A stretch of 64,000 bases of DNA from Octopus sinensis (Eukaryota), in contig NW_021836297.1 in NCBI RefSeq assembly GCF_006345805.1, positions 1-64,000 on the forward strand, in the 5' to 3' direction. Each line of letters starts with the position of its first letter. Within the stretch, counting starts at the first letter, position 1. Positions 25,802-38,800 of this stretch are shown here, piece by piece. A model generated the notes under the pieces. It saw only the letters and a program-made list of their open reading frames with translations. It had not been told where the DNA came from and searched no databases. A program made the translations under genes and the position numbers.

Positions 25802-26548
25802 AAGGTGCGTTCAAAAAGTATCAGATTTTATTTTTTCTCGCCAAACCTAATGCCGCGTGAAAATGTTTTCGTTGGTAGGCGGCGTCAGCTTTTGCTGTTA
25901 CGCCAAGAGTACAGATGAGTAGTGCTCGTCGGATTTTCGTTTTTACACATGATGACCGAACGCATCAAGCAGAAATATTGCGTCAAGTTTGCCAACATTT
26001 TGGTGATTCTCAAACTATGCAGAAGATTCAGCAAGGCTTTGGCGATGATGCCATGGGCAAAACTCAGATCAATGAATGGTACAACCAGTTCAAATATGGC
26101 TGCACTTCAGTGGAGAGCGAGGCATACTCAGGCAAGCCATCCACAGAGTGAAAGGAGGAGACGATTGAGAAGGTTCGGCAACCTGTAATCCAAGCTTTCT
26201 TGGTCAAGAACAACACACCGCTGGTTCGGCAGGCTCCCTATTCACCCGACTTGACACCGTGTGACTTTTGGCTCTTCCCCAAACTGAAAACCACGCTGAA
26301 AGGGAAGCAATTTGAGTCGCAAGAGGATATTATGAGTAAAGCGACGGCGAAGCTCCATAGTATTCCAGAGAAGGCATTCCGGAGGTGTTACCGGCTGTGG
26401 CAGAGCCACCTGGAGAATAGGTAGGAACTTCCAATGGTAGTATTTTGAAGCAGATTGAATAAAATTTTTGAAATGTACGAAATTGCTTTGTTCTTCTTTT
26501 ATATTCTTTGGAAATGAAAAATGTCGGATATTTTTTCAACACACCTCG
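25801..26548 (+). mobile_element. Internally deleted mariner element, 748 bp
   Basis: Imperfect TIRs CAAGGTGCGTTCAAAAAGTATC / GATATTTTTTCAACACACCTCG with flanking TA; N-terminal QKYCVKF..WYNQFKYGCTSVE joined to C-terminal PYSPDLTPCDFWLFPKLK. Confidence 0.9.
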
Positions 26549-26933
26549 TATGTATGTATTATCTTCTCTCTTTTTATCTAAACGCTTCCTTTAGAGAAAC
26601 TGGTTTTTAACAAAGACACAAAGCTCTATCGTTGGAATGAAGATAACAATAGGATTGTCGCATTTTTAAACCTGAAAAAAGTCTTGTATAGCTTTACTAT
26701 TCCGCTTAGAAATTGTATTTGTAATGTGTGAGTCATCAGTTTGTTGGTTTCTTTTTCTGGAGATCCAATCTTATCCAGACTGACAGCTAAGCATTTACTT
26801 ACAAAACAAAATGCTCCAATTATTATTGGTATAAATGTAAATTTGTAATCCGGATATAGAAGCTGGAAGTTTCGAAGCAGTTGTACGTAATTATCTACTT
26901 TCTCTTTGATTTTCGGAGATATGTGTGTAGTAC

Positions 26934-26934
<1 letters not shown>

Positions 26935-26964
<30 letters not shown>

Positions 26965-27431
26965 TGTATGTATGTATGTATGTATGTATGTATGTATGTA
27001 TGTATGTATGAATGTATGTACGTATGTATGTATGAATGTAGTATGTATGTATGTATGTATGTATGAATGTATGTACGTATGTATGTATGTATGTATGTAT
27101 GTATGTATGTATGTATGTATGTACGTATGTATGTATGAATGTAGTATGTATGTACGTATGTTTGTATTATGTATGTATGTATTATGTATGTATGTATTAT
27201 GTATGTATGTATGTATGTACGTATGTATGAATATGGTATGTATGTATATATGTATGTATGTTATGTATGTATGTATGTATGTATGTATATATGTATGTAT
27301 GTACGTATGTATGTATGAATGTAGTATGTATGTATGTATATATGTATGTATGTATTATGTATGTATGTACGTATGTGTGTGTATGTATGTATTATGTATG
27401 CATGTATTATGTATGTATGTATGTAATATGC

Positions 27432-27464
<33 letters not shown>

Positions 27465-27497
27465 TGATGTATGTATGTATGTATGTATGTATGTATG
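26935..27497. repeat. (TATG)n microsatellite
   Basis: Direct reading. Confidence 0.95.
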
Positions 27498-27900
27498 TTG
27501 GATTATCAGCTAAATTCGTTGGTTCTGGGTTATTTTTTCCTACTTGGCACTCTACAATCATATGTCATATTCGAATTTCAGAAACCACAAACAAAAGTTG
27601 TAGAGGAAAAAAATAAACCATAAGACATTATAACAAAGACATTTCTCGTGTTAATTCAAATAACGTTGGAACGGATTCAAACAATCGAAAAAAAACAAAA
27701 ACCTACGAACTTCTTCTTCAGCCAATCGAATATATTAGTTACTATGTTATAAATATTCGGTCGTAAATAAATATGTAGACATTGCCAAATTTATCTTCAT
27801 GCTCATCAACAATCCTTCTCTAATGAAGTACAATACATTAATTCTCTTCTAATGAGAGACTGTTATACGCATGCGTCAATATATACTGGACTTATGAAAA

Positions 27901-28528
27901 GGCGGCGAGCTGGCGGAAACGTTAGCACGCCGGGCGAAATGCGTAGCCGTATTTCGTCTGTCGTTATGTTCCGAGTTCAAATTCCACCCAGGTCGACTTT
28001 GCCTTTCATCCTTTCGGGGTCGATAAATTAAGTACCAGTTACGCACTGGGGGTCGATGTAATCGACTTAATCCCTTTGTCTGTCCTTGTTTGTCCTTTCT
28101 GTGTAAAGAAATATATATACATAGGCGCAGGAGTGGATGTGTGGTAAGTAGCTTGCTTACCAACCACATGGTTCCGGGTTCAGTCCCACTGCGTGGCATC
28201 TTGGGCAAGTGTCTTCTGCTATAGCCTCGGGCCGACCAATGCCTTGTGAGTGGATTTGGTAGACGGAAACTGAAAGAAGCCTGTCGTATATATGCATATA
28301 TATATATGTGGGGGGGGGTTGTGTGTCTGTGTTTGTTCCCCTAGCATTGCTTGACAACCGATGCTGGTGTGTTTATGTCCCCGTTACTTAGCGGTTCGGC
28401 AAAATAGACCGATAGAATAAGTACTGGGCTTACAAAAGAATAAGTCCCGGGGTCGATTTGCTCGACTAAAGGCGGTGCTCCAGCATGGCCGCAGTCAAAT
28501 GACTGAAACAAGTAAAAGAGTAAAAGAG
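27901..28528 (+). mobile_element. SINE B (27901-28112) directly followed by SINE A (28124-28528), within one 14-bp direct repeat
   Basis: TATACTGGACTTAT at 27882-27895 and 28529-28542. Confidence 0.88.
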
Positions 28529-29822
28529 TATACTGGACTTATTAGAAATACATCTCTCTTCGTGTAACATAAGCACAGGAAAGGAAATTACAATGGATCC
28601 ATGTTTCCAATATCATATTGAATTATACATATTTTGGGCCCTTTTTTTGTTTTATTTTTATGGTTTAGCAAGAAGCAGAAAGGCAGCGCCTGTGGCCATT
28701 TCCGGCCCTCCAAGAGTACTTGAGGAAAAGGGGGGGGGTGAAACCACGACCGTAACATTAGGTGCAGGCTTCTGCACAGTTTCCGTCATACCAGTTTTAC
28801 TTAGTGTTACTCTTTTAATTTCCGCCAATCAAATCCATTCACAAAGCCTTGGTCAGCTCAGTGCTGTAGTAGAAGACACTTGCCCAAGGTGCCACGCAGC
28901 CGGACTGAACCTGAAACTATGGGATTGGGAAGTAAGCTTCTTACCACCAAGTCACTCCTACAACGACATACGACGGGATTCCACACAGTCTCCATCAACT
29001 AAATCCACTCACAAGGTATTAGCCAACCCGAAACTATAGTGATTGAGGACAATTGCCCAAAGTGCCGCACAGTGAGGTCGACCCCGAAACCGTGAGGTTC
29101 TGAGCTTATTCTTAATCACACAACTACGTCTGCGCTCAATCATTTCTTCTCTTCTTTTCTGTTTTGTTTTGCATTTTTCAGGACAACAAAAATAATTACG
29201 GTTTAGTCAGAGTTTATTTTTGCTTCTCGTTGATTTTAAATCAATCGAGAACCCATCCCATTACCAACCCCCGCTTTCAATTCTTCCCGATAGCTTTTTG
29301 TAAATACTCTCTACTCTCTCTCTCTATCTAACTATCTAATCTCTAGCTCTCCCTCTCTATCTCTCTCTCTATGTTTTATATGTTCCTACAGTTTAAAATT
29401 GTTAGTCATAAATGACTTTTCCACCTCTAGTGTCGTCCAAACACTATCATAATTATATACTTGGTTGCATCAGCATAAACCAACAAAATGTATTAGACAT
29501 GTTTAGAGACTAAATTTCATTTAGACGTCATCCATTTGCAAACCAGTAGTTAAGCTAGCGTTAACATATTTAATGCAGTAACAGCAACCAAAGCTAACAT
29601 TTGCTATACTAAATCAAGCCTTGATAGTATTCACTTTATTGCTTAAGTTGAATTCTGCTATCTAGTAATATTGTAGCTTTTATGTGTTGCCAGAGTAGGC
29701 GCATGCGCGGCTGCGTCATTAAGAAGCTGACATCCGATCCATACGGTCTATGGTTCAGTTCCACTGCGCGGCATTTTGGATAAGGGACAAGTTTCTTCTG
29801 CTATAGCCCCGGGCTGACCAAG

Positions 29823-30403
29823 GTGTGTGTTTGATTGTGTGTGTGTATGAGTGTGTGTATGTGTGTGTATGATTGTGTGTGTGTGTGTATGAGTGCGTGT
29901 GTGTGTATGAGTGCGTGTGTGTGTGTGTATGAGTGTGTATGAGTGTGTGTGTGTATGAGTGCGTGAATGTGTGTGTGTGTATGAGTGTGTGTATGAGTGT
30001 GTGTATGTGTGTGAATGTGTGTGTGTGTATGAGTGTGTGTATGTGGTGTGTATGTGTGTGTATGAGTGTGTGTATGAGTGTGTGCATGTGTGTGTATGAA
30101 TGTGTGTATGTGTATGTATGATTGTGTGTGTATGAGTGTGTATGAGTGTGTGTGTGTGTATGAGTGTGTGTGTGTATATGTGTGTGTATATGTGTGTGTA
30201 TGATTGTGTGTATGTGTATGTGTGTATGATTGTGTGTATGTATGAGTGTGTATGAGTGTGTGTGTGTATGTGTATGTGTGAGTATGAGTGTGTGTGTATG
30301 AGTGTGTATGAGTGTGTATGAGTGTGTTTGTGTATGAGTGTGTGTTTGTGTATGAGTGTGTGTATGTGTGTGTGTGTGTGTGTGTATGTGTGTGTGTGTG
30401 TGT
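29823..30403. repeat. (TG)n/TATGAG complex minisatellite between two convergent SINE A heads
   Basis: SINE A head on + at about 29698-29822 and on - at about 30405-30563. Confidence 0.85.
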
Positions 30404-30849
30404 GCTACGAGCTTCCCCCAGTTTTCGACTTCTAAATCCGATCACAAGGTTTTGGTCGATCACGGCGGGCTACAGTAGAAGACACTCACCCAAGATGCCG
30501 CGCAGTGGGACTGAACCGAAGATCACACGGTTAGGAAGCAAGTTTCTTGATCGCTCAGCCACGCATTTGGGAGTTTTGTTTTTGTTTTTGTTCTTTTGTT
30601 TTTTGTTATCTTTTCCTCTTCGCTTCCAAATCGTAATTTTAGCTCGTCATTTGTCCCTTTCATTAAAAACCTGATACTTTCCAACGGCAAATATTTATTT
30701 CTCTCCGTAATTTCCATCCAGACGATATATTACTCCAAATTGTGTCGATACACATTTTTGCAGACGATACCCCTCTCTTTTTTGTATCGAATCACCCATC
30801 CACATAAAACTACAAACATTTTCTCTCGTCCATTAGCTTCCACTCTCAT

Positions 30850-30958
30850 ACTAATAACAATAATAATAATAACAATAATAATAATAATAATAAAAACAAT
30901 AATAATAATAACAATAATAATAATAATAATAATAATGAAAATAATAATATATAATAAT

Positions 30959-31023
<65 letters not shown>

Positions 31024-31081
31024 CAATAATAATAATAATGAAAATAATAATAATAATAATAATAATAACAACAACAACAAC

Positions 31082-31116
<35 letters not shown>

Positions 31117-31139
31117 AAATAATAATAATAATAATAATA

Positions 31140-31185
<46 letters not shown>

Positions 31186-31279
31186 CGACGATGATGATGA
31201 CGATGACGACGACGACGATGATTATGATGATGATGATGATGATGACGACGATGATGATGACGATGACGACGACGACGGC

Positions 31280-31336
<57 letters not shown>

Positions 31337-31340
31337 AATA
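30850..31340. repeat. (AAT/AAC)n then (GAT/GAC)n trinucleotide tract
   Basis: Direct reading. Confidence 0.95.
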
Positions 31341-31916
31341 AAACAAAGAAGCTAAAGTTACAATAATGACAAGTTCTTTTTACCATTATCCACGTGAACA
31401 TTTTTGGAGGCAGAATCGCCGTAAGACCATCACAACCCACAAATATTTCCAAGTATTCATAACCATTATTATCACAACGTCGGTTATTATCAAAAGCAGG
31501 AGGATATTTTCAAATACTACCGCACAAACTATCCGTTCTCGCAGTCACTAAAAGACAACGTCTGAAATTCCAGTGGTTTGGGTTACCTTTATAGTCATTC
31601 CGGTGTTAATGCTTACACGACCAATAAAAGCTGCTGTCAACGTCCTTGTAACACTGCCATTTTGTTTCTTTTTCTTTTTTTGCCGCAACAACCATCTGCA
31701 TCAATTATACTTACGAAAGCATTATATATAATTAGAATATATGCATAGTCTATGTACATATGTATATATACATACATGCGTACATACATATATACATACA
31801 TTACTTACATATACACACATACATATATATGTGTGTTATGTATAACTACAATATAAATGTGTGAGTATATATGTGTTTGTGAGTGTATATATGCATACAC
31901 ACACACACACACACTT

Positions 31917-31951
<35 letters not shown>

Positions 31952-32160
31952 TGTGTGTGTATATATATATATGTGTATATATATATACATGTATGTGTAT
32001 GTATATATGTATATACACATATATATGTACATATGTGTGTATATATATGTATATATAAGTGTGTAAATAATATATATGCATATATACATATATATATATA
32101 TATGTACATACTTATACAGGTACATACATGTACATACATATACATGTAAATATATATATA

Positions 32161-32955
32161 AACCCCAAATTCTATATATTCCCCTTCTACCAATGTAAAG
32201 ACGGGATCACCACACAGGAGAGAATTAACAAGGAGAATCTCTTTATTGAAAAATTCCAAACACAACTTAATATGCAAACTCCTCGTTGATCAAACTTCCT
32301 TTCTCTACCTCACTCTTCATGGATGGACTAACACAATATATAAAGATACCATGCATTCATCACTTCACAAGCTAAAACTTATATCTTTAAATATCATTTT
32401 TACTATTGTTGTTATTACTATCATTTTTATTATAAATGATATGACAATTGAAATGCAATTGTCTATGCAGATTTATATTATTAGAAATAATATATAAATA
32501 AAGTTTTAAAATCTGAAAGTTAAGTTAACAAGCAATATAAACAAAAGATAATGCAAATGAAGCTAAATGATAGTTTTATAATTTGGGTTTTATTGAGAAC
32601 TCAAAAGAGTTGTCTCCCCTTACCCACAACACAGAACTGAGAAACCAGACCACATTACTACTACTTCCTGTCCTGCAACATGCTGAATTTAAACACACAC
32701 ACATCACATGCTCTTAATCCCTTTGGATCTTAACACCTCAGGGTAATTTTTTGGTAAACAACCATAAAACTCAAGATACACAACGAACTCACAATGTATC
32801 GGAGAACTATTTTTTAATTTTGTACATTTTTATCATTATTCTTTTACAAAAACAATGCAATTTTCTTTTTTTCCCCTTTCTAATTTTTAAATAACTTCTT
32901 AAAACATAAATATTCTTGACAAGTCATACAATCACGAAACCGGTTGAATAAATAT
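32161..32955 (+). mobile_element. Penelope-like element 3' remnant
   Basis: NPKFYIFPFYQCKDGITTQERINKENLFIEKFQTQLN resembles a GIY-YIG C-terminus (R..E..FI..F...LN); decayed minimal hammerhead at 32911-32950. Confidence 0.6.
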
Positions 32956-33039
32956 ATATTTATATATTTTATCATTTTCTCATTTTATTAAAATTTTCTT
33001 TCATTGAGCATTCTGCATTTTTTAAAAAATTTTTCCTTA

Positions 33040-33081
<42 letters not shown>

Positions 33082-33601
33082 GTATGTATATGTATATTTT
33101 AGTTACATATATACATATATACGTGTATGTGTGCGTGCATGCGCGCGTGTGTGTAAACACTTAATAATTTGTATGTATCAGCTACATATGAACCTTCACC
33201 GGCTTGATTTTTACATAAATTATGTTTCCCGGGGAAATAGTGGAAAACGTATACATTCAAAGAATATTATCTTCTAATTTCATACAACCTAGCGTTATTT
33301 AAAATAATAAGAAATAACTTTTACTCTAATTCCTTCAGGGAAAAAATCCTAAAAACTAAACTTTAGTTATCCTCTTTCCACAACATTGTAATTGCGCATG
33401 ACAAGAACTGACCATATCGAGAATGCTGGTTGATGCCTGAGATTATGAGCTACGTCTCTCAATTCGTAGCATTTCCCACTTGTTATCATGCGATTCATCA
33501 GGTGAAACATTGAAGTAGCGGATTACTCCCATCGGGCTTTATGTTTCTAGGATATGATTTATTCTCCATTGAATTCCTTCTTTGTGTTGATAAAAATGTG
33601 A

Positions 33602-33646
<45 letters not shown>

Positions 33647-33768
33647 TGTATATGCATTCATGTGTGTATGTGTGTGCTTATGTGTAAAGATATATCCCTG
33701 TGTGCAAATAAACATATAAAGATAATTTTATATGCATATATGCTTGCAAATATGCATATTTTGTGTAA

Positions 33769-33800
<32 letters not shown>

Positions 33801-34609
33801 GTGTATGTGTGTGTGCGTTTGTGTGTGTGTATGTGTGTGTGTATATGTGTGTGTGTGTGCGTGCGTTATTGTGTGTGTGTGTATATGTGTGTGTGTGCGT
33901 GCATGTTTGTGTGTGTGTTGTGTATGTGTGTGTGCCTGTGTGTCTGTGTGTGTGTCTGTGTGTGGTGTGTGTGTGTTGTGATGATAAAAGGGTTCAGAAT
34001 TTCCAATAAGTGTATAATGCATTTGTAATCAACAACTTTTACGCGAAACCTGTTAAATTCTTGGGAAAATAGAATAATGTATGTTACCATTCCGTTATCC
34101 GTGCTTCTGTATAAAATAATGAAGTTACAACTTTTCTTTCAAAACGAAAACAAAGTTGTTTCCTTTGTATACCGGAGGCTGTTACACAGAAAACATCGTC
34201 AAATGTCTTAAAAGATTCAACTCACCAACTACGCCGGCAGATATAAACGTTATTGCTACGAATGTCTAACATAGTAACATCTCTCTTATTGATTCAACGA
34301 ATAAACTAGAAATTAACCCGCTCCAGAAAAGAAAGAAAGAAAAAAAACATGTCTCTCTTGCTTGTGTCGTATTACTTACTTGCTCAAAATACTAGATCTG
34401 TTACATTATCGAACTTATTATTTTCTTGTTTGGTTATTATTGGTTCACTAGTTTTCTATTAATCTCCAATATTTTATTAATCTAGCTTGTATTAATCTGC
34501 GATGCTATATTAATATAGTTTGTATTATCTTTTAATCATATCAAATATTATCTACAAATCTGGCCATGAATTCTCCAATAACCCTGGCCGCATATTATCT
34601 TCAAACTTA

Positions 34610-35072
34610 GCCATCTACGTTCGTTACTAAGTTTCCAGTGCTATGGATGCAAGAATTACAAGTTTCCATTCCTTTAATTTTGAATTTGAAGAACCTTTGT
34701 ATCTCTGAGAGAAATCAATACAATTATACACCTACGTACGTGCGTATGTATGTATGTATGTATGTATGTATGTATGTATGTATGTATGTATGTATGTATG
34801 TATGTATGCATGCATGCATGCATGCATGCATGTATGTGTATGTATGTATGTATGCATGCATGCGTCTATGTATGTAGGTAGATATGTATGTATGTATGTA
34901 TGTATGTAAGTATGTGTGCGTGTATTTATGTAGATGGGTATGTATATATATATGTGTGTATGTATGTATGTATGTATGTATGTATGTATGTATGCATGTG
35001 TGTATGTGATTGTATGTATGTATATGTATGCATGTATGCGTGCGTGTGTAGGTAGGTGGGTAGGTAGGTAGG

Positions 35073-35077
<5 letters not shown>
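34610..35077. repeat. Dispersed direct duplication, copy 1 (copy 2 at 38921 to about 39395)
   Basis: About 135 bp of unique sequence starting GCCATCTACGTTCGTTACTAAG reads identical in both, followed by related TATG/TAGG microsatellite. Confidence 0.92.
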
Positions 35078-35155
<78 letters not shown>

Positions 35156-35199
35156 GTATATGTATGTGTATATATGTTGTATTATCTGCAAGCTGTTTA

Positions 35200-35620
35200 T
35201 TACCTGCAGGTCTAGCCGGGTGTTATCTTCTGGTCTGGGCCATTGTTATACCGGTAGCTGAAGTGTGTGTGACCTGCTAGTTGTAATCTTCGATCTATAA
35301 TGATTTCGGCAAGAGGTCATGTGTTGGATCTCTTTAGAATGCCTTCACTTGTTATGTGATCTTGCCTGTACGTTCTCAGAATCTTCCTCGAACATGTTTG
35401 AAAGAATACATTATGCTTTCTGTCGATTTTTCACCATGTTCCTCCATGTCTCACTGGCATAGAGAACAGTCAGTAGAACCATGCTATTATAGAGCCATAT
35501 TTTTGTGTGTAGGTCAACGGCATTGGCGGATCAGAGAGTGCACATTCTCTGAAATACAGCTGCAGTTCTACCAATTCCACTATCAACTGGCCGTACACTA
35601 AATCGTTATTGAAAGGTTAT
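35200..35620 (-). mobile_element. Decayed RTE-clade LINE ORF2 fragment
   Basis: Minus-strand VDSGIGRTAAVFQR..TKIWLYNSMVLLTVLYASETW..CSRKILR..QDHITSE..RRLQLAGH with stops and a frameshift. Confidence 0.8.
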
Positions 35621-35885
35621 ACTTATCCCCCACTTAAGCGTGGATATTCTATTCGAACAAACTATACTGCGGTAGAGAGCATAAAAGAAACTCTCATATT
35701 GATCCAGTGATTTCGACATCCCTTGGTCTCGTCAATGATAGACGCTCCGCTGCTAGAGATAGCATGGGCTCATCTCCCCGCCAGCGATATATAGAAAAAA
35801 CAGTGCCCGAACAGACGCTGATGTCGCGATTAGCCTGTGAGCTTGTTTAAATATATATATATATATAATATATATATATATTATA

Positions 35886-35923
<38 letters not shown>

Positions 35924-35929
35924 TATATA

Positions 35930-36325
35930 CTAGCAGTATCGCCCGGCGTTGCTCGGGTTTGTAAGGGAATAACTATATAAGCATTTTTAGAGAGTTATAG
36001 CCAAAAAATAGCAAAAAAATGCATTAAAAATGGAAAAGAAATTATGGTAATTTTTTTTTTAAATCGTTGACTAATCGTAGACATTTTTAGAGAGTTACTT
36101 CCCTTATATAATAGCGAAAAAATGCATTAAAATGGGAAAAATGATGGTAAATTTTTTTTTAAATCGTAGACTCATCGTAGACGCGCGCTAATACCCAGAA
36201 GGGCTCGATATGAATCACGACTATAAGATACCCGGTTTTGGTTAAACTGCACCGCAAAATGTGGGAGTAGTTAGGAATCTAAATCGTAGAAGACAGACAC
36301 ACAACCTTACTTTTATATATAAAGA
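35930..36325 (-). mobile_element. Non-autonomous Helitron, 396 bp
   Basis: Minus strand begins A|TC and ends CTAG|T, with subterminal hairpin CCCGAGCAACGCCGGG; no TSD; internal tandem duplication. Confidence 0.85.
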
Positions 36326-36802
36326 TTAGCAACAGAAGAAGGTCGAAATCAAGTGATCTCTGTGCTAGAGATGGCAGGGATTTATCATCTTCCCTCTAGC
36401 GATATAAACAAGAGTGCATTTTGCATAAGAAGCCAATATGATAGTTTCTCTCGCGGTATCTTCCGCAGTATAGCTTGTTCTAACAGAACAGCCATCTTTA
36501 AGTGGGGATTGATATTACCTCTCAATATTAAGACTGCCCCTGTCGCTAATATATAATCTGTTATTATCCACTAGCCTGCATTACATTTATCTCTTTGCCT
36601 GGCGATGTATTATATATTCTTTTTTTTTTTATTCTTTTACTTCTTTCAGTCATTTGACTGCGGCCATGTTAGAGCACCGCCTTAAGCTGTTCAGAAATAA
36701 TATACTAGTGTTAGCCTATGTCATCTTCCAGCCTGGCCATCTATTATCAACTTCTTTATCCAGAACAACTGGGTTGTATTTTATTCAATAATACAATTTT
36801 AA

Positions 36803-37225
36803 CCCTTTAGCGTTCACATTACTCTGTCAAATGTAACGCTTATTTATTCACGTTGCTTTGAATTAATCATGCATCATCTCATAGCTTCAAGATTTCGATG
36901 ATGTGATTGTCTATTTTTAGATTGACATTATAGGGTAGGTGGCTGAACTTAAAACAGGTTGAATTAGTGGAACAGATATGGCTGGTTTACAAGCTAAACG
37001 CTTGAACTTTTAGCATTGAGATTACTCTGTCAAATGGAACACTTGTTAGTTCACGTTCAATTGAATGAATCATGCATTCTCTTGTAGCCTCGAGACCTCG
37101 GTGCCATGATTGCTTATTGTTAGAACGGCATTGTAGGGCAGGTATGAGAGACCGGATCTGGCCAGTTTGAACGTAAAACAGGTAGAACACTTCGGCTGGT
37201 TACGGCCAGTTTGAATGTTAAAGAG
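36803..37225. mobile_element. Two tandem copies of a TTAA-flanked (piggyBac-like) MITE
   Basis: TTAA|CCCTTTAGCGTTCA left end, TGAATGTTAAAGAG|TTAA right end; ATTACTCTGTCAAATG body repeated at about 36818 and 37021. Confidence 0.7.
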
Positions 37226-37746
37226 TTAATATAAATCGCCATTTTGTGCTTTTATTAAATGAACGCCTGTGGCGAAGAAATGACTAGTTAGACCATCTAC
37301 TACACCGCTCTTATTTAATAAAATATTTACTGTTGTAAAAGCGGATCTATATTAATATTGAATTAGTCAATGTAATAATTTAATTTTAATATATCTACTT
37401 CTTTTCTATTTTAGACAAAGCGATGCGCCTATAGCAAGGAAATAAATATTAAAATTTTGTATTATTGATATCTCAAAAAGAAGGTTGGCAATATCAATAT
37501 ATATGAGATTATTATATGAAAGGAAGTCAAATTATTATCCGCACTTTCGCCATAACATATCTTCATTATTGTCACACAGCCTACTGCGCATGCGTGCTCA
37601 TAGTTGGTACTATTGTGGTCACGTGATCTAAATTTGAGCTTGATCACGCTATTTTTGTTTCTGGTTTTACTGTGTAAGCCTGGCCGCTCCACCAGCAATG
37701 GCGCACTAAAGAAGAATAAAGAGCGGTGGTCCGAGAGATGGTGGAG

Positions 37747-38131
37747 TGGAAGCACTCCGTCGGTTACAACGATGAGGGTTCCGGTTGATACGAATCAACG
37801 GAACAGCCTGCTCGTGAAATTAACGTGTAAGTGGCTGAGCACTCCACAGACACGTGTACCCTTAACGTAGTTCTCGGGGATATTTAGCGTGACACAGAGA
37901 ATGACAAGGCCGGCCCCTTGAAATACAGGTACAACAGAAACAGGAAGTAAGAGTGAGAGCAAATTGTGGTTAAAGAGTACAGCAGGGATCACCACCATCC
38001 CCTGCCAGAGCCTCGTGGAGCTTTAGGTGTTTTCGCTCAATAAACACTCACAACGCCCGGTCTGGGAATCGAAACCGCGATCCTATGACCGCGAGTCCGC
38101 TGCCCTAACCACTGGGCCATTGCGCCTCCAC
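37747..38131 (-). mobile_element. SINE family C, full length
   Basis: Reverse complement of 14054-14439 with few differences. Confidence 0.92.
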
Positions 38132-38364
38132 CGGTTCACCATTACCATCTCTTGAGCTTACTGAATCTTCTTGTCAGTGGTGGAGGCTGATGAGCATCCT
38201 TCTCCCTCTTCATGCATCATGCTTGTTCGGTTACTATTAAACTATTTGATCCGCACATACACACTGTCCCCACATTGTGCTAAAAGACTCCGATGAATTT
38301 CAGCACCTGACACACCTTCCGACCACAGAAATCAGATCACTGCTCTTTGCCCTTCTTTGGTGCA
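38132..38364 (-). pseudogene. Mariner transposase N-terminal HTH relic
   Basis: Minus strand CTKEGQRAVI*FLWSEGVSGAEIHRSLLAQCGDSV..F.SNRTSM..EEG..STTD; not in the ORF track because of stops. Confidence 0.75.
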
Positions 38365-38422
38365 CCTTGCTAGTAAAGCCAGAAAGAAAAATAGCCCGAT
38401 CATGCTCAAACTTCCATTCTTA

Positions 38423-38800
38423 AGGCGGTGAGCTGGCAGAATCGTTATCACGCCGGATAAACTGCTTAGCGGCATTTCAACCGTCATTACGTTCTAAGTT
38501 CAAATTCTGCCGAGGTCGACTTTACACTTCATCCTTTCGGGGTCGATAAATCAAGTACCAGTTGAGTATTGGGGTCGATGTAATCGACTAATCTCCTCCC
38601 CCAAAATTTTAGGCCTTGTCCCTTTAGTAGAAAGAATTGTTTCCATTCTCTTCTGGGTTCAAATCCTGCCAAGATCACCTTTACCTTGTATCCTTCCGGA
38701 ATTGGTGAAATAAAGTACCAGTCATGTACTGGGATCGGTGGTATCGACTTAAGCTCCATGTAGGACCAGAATATCTGGCCTTGTGTCCAAATTAAAATCA
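38423..38800 (+). mobile_element. SINE family B copies (short-tail subtype)
   Basis: GGCGGTGAGCTGGCAGAATCG...TCATCCTTTCGGGGTCGATAAA...CCCCAAAATTTTAGGCCTTGT, then a diverged second copy. Confidence 0.8.

Noticed and set aside
30596-31366. 256-aa poly-I/N/D ORF
   Set aside because: Trinucleotide microsatellite.
33470-33510. Additional CTGATGA boxes (also near 3600, 5197, 26735, 38187)
   Set aside because: No properly placed GAAA or stems; several lie inside SINE or mariner sequence.
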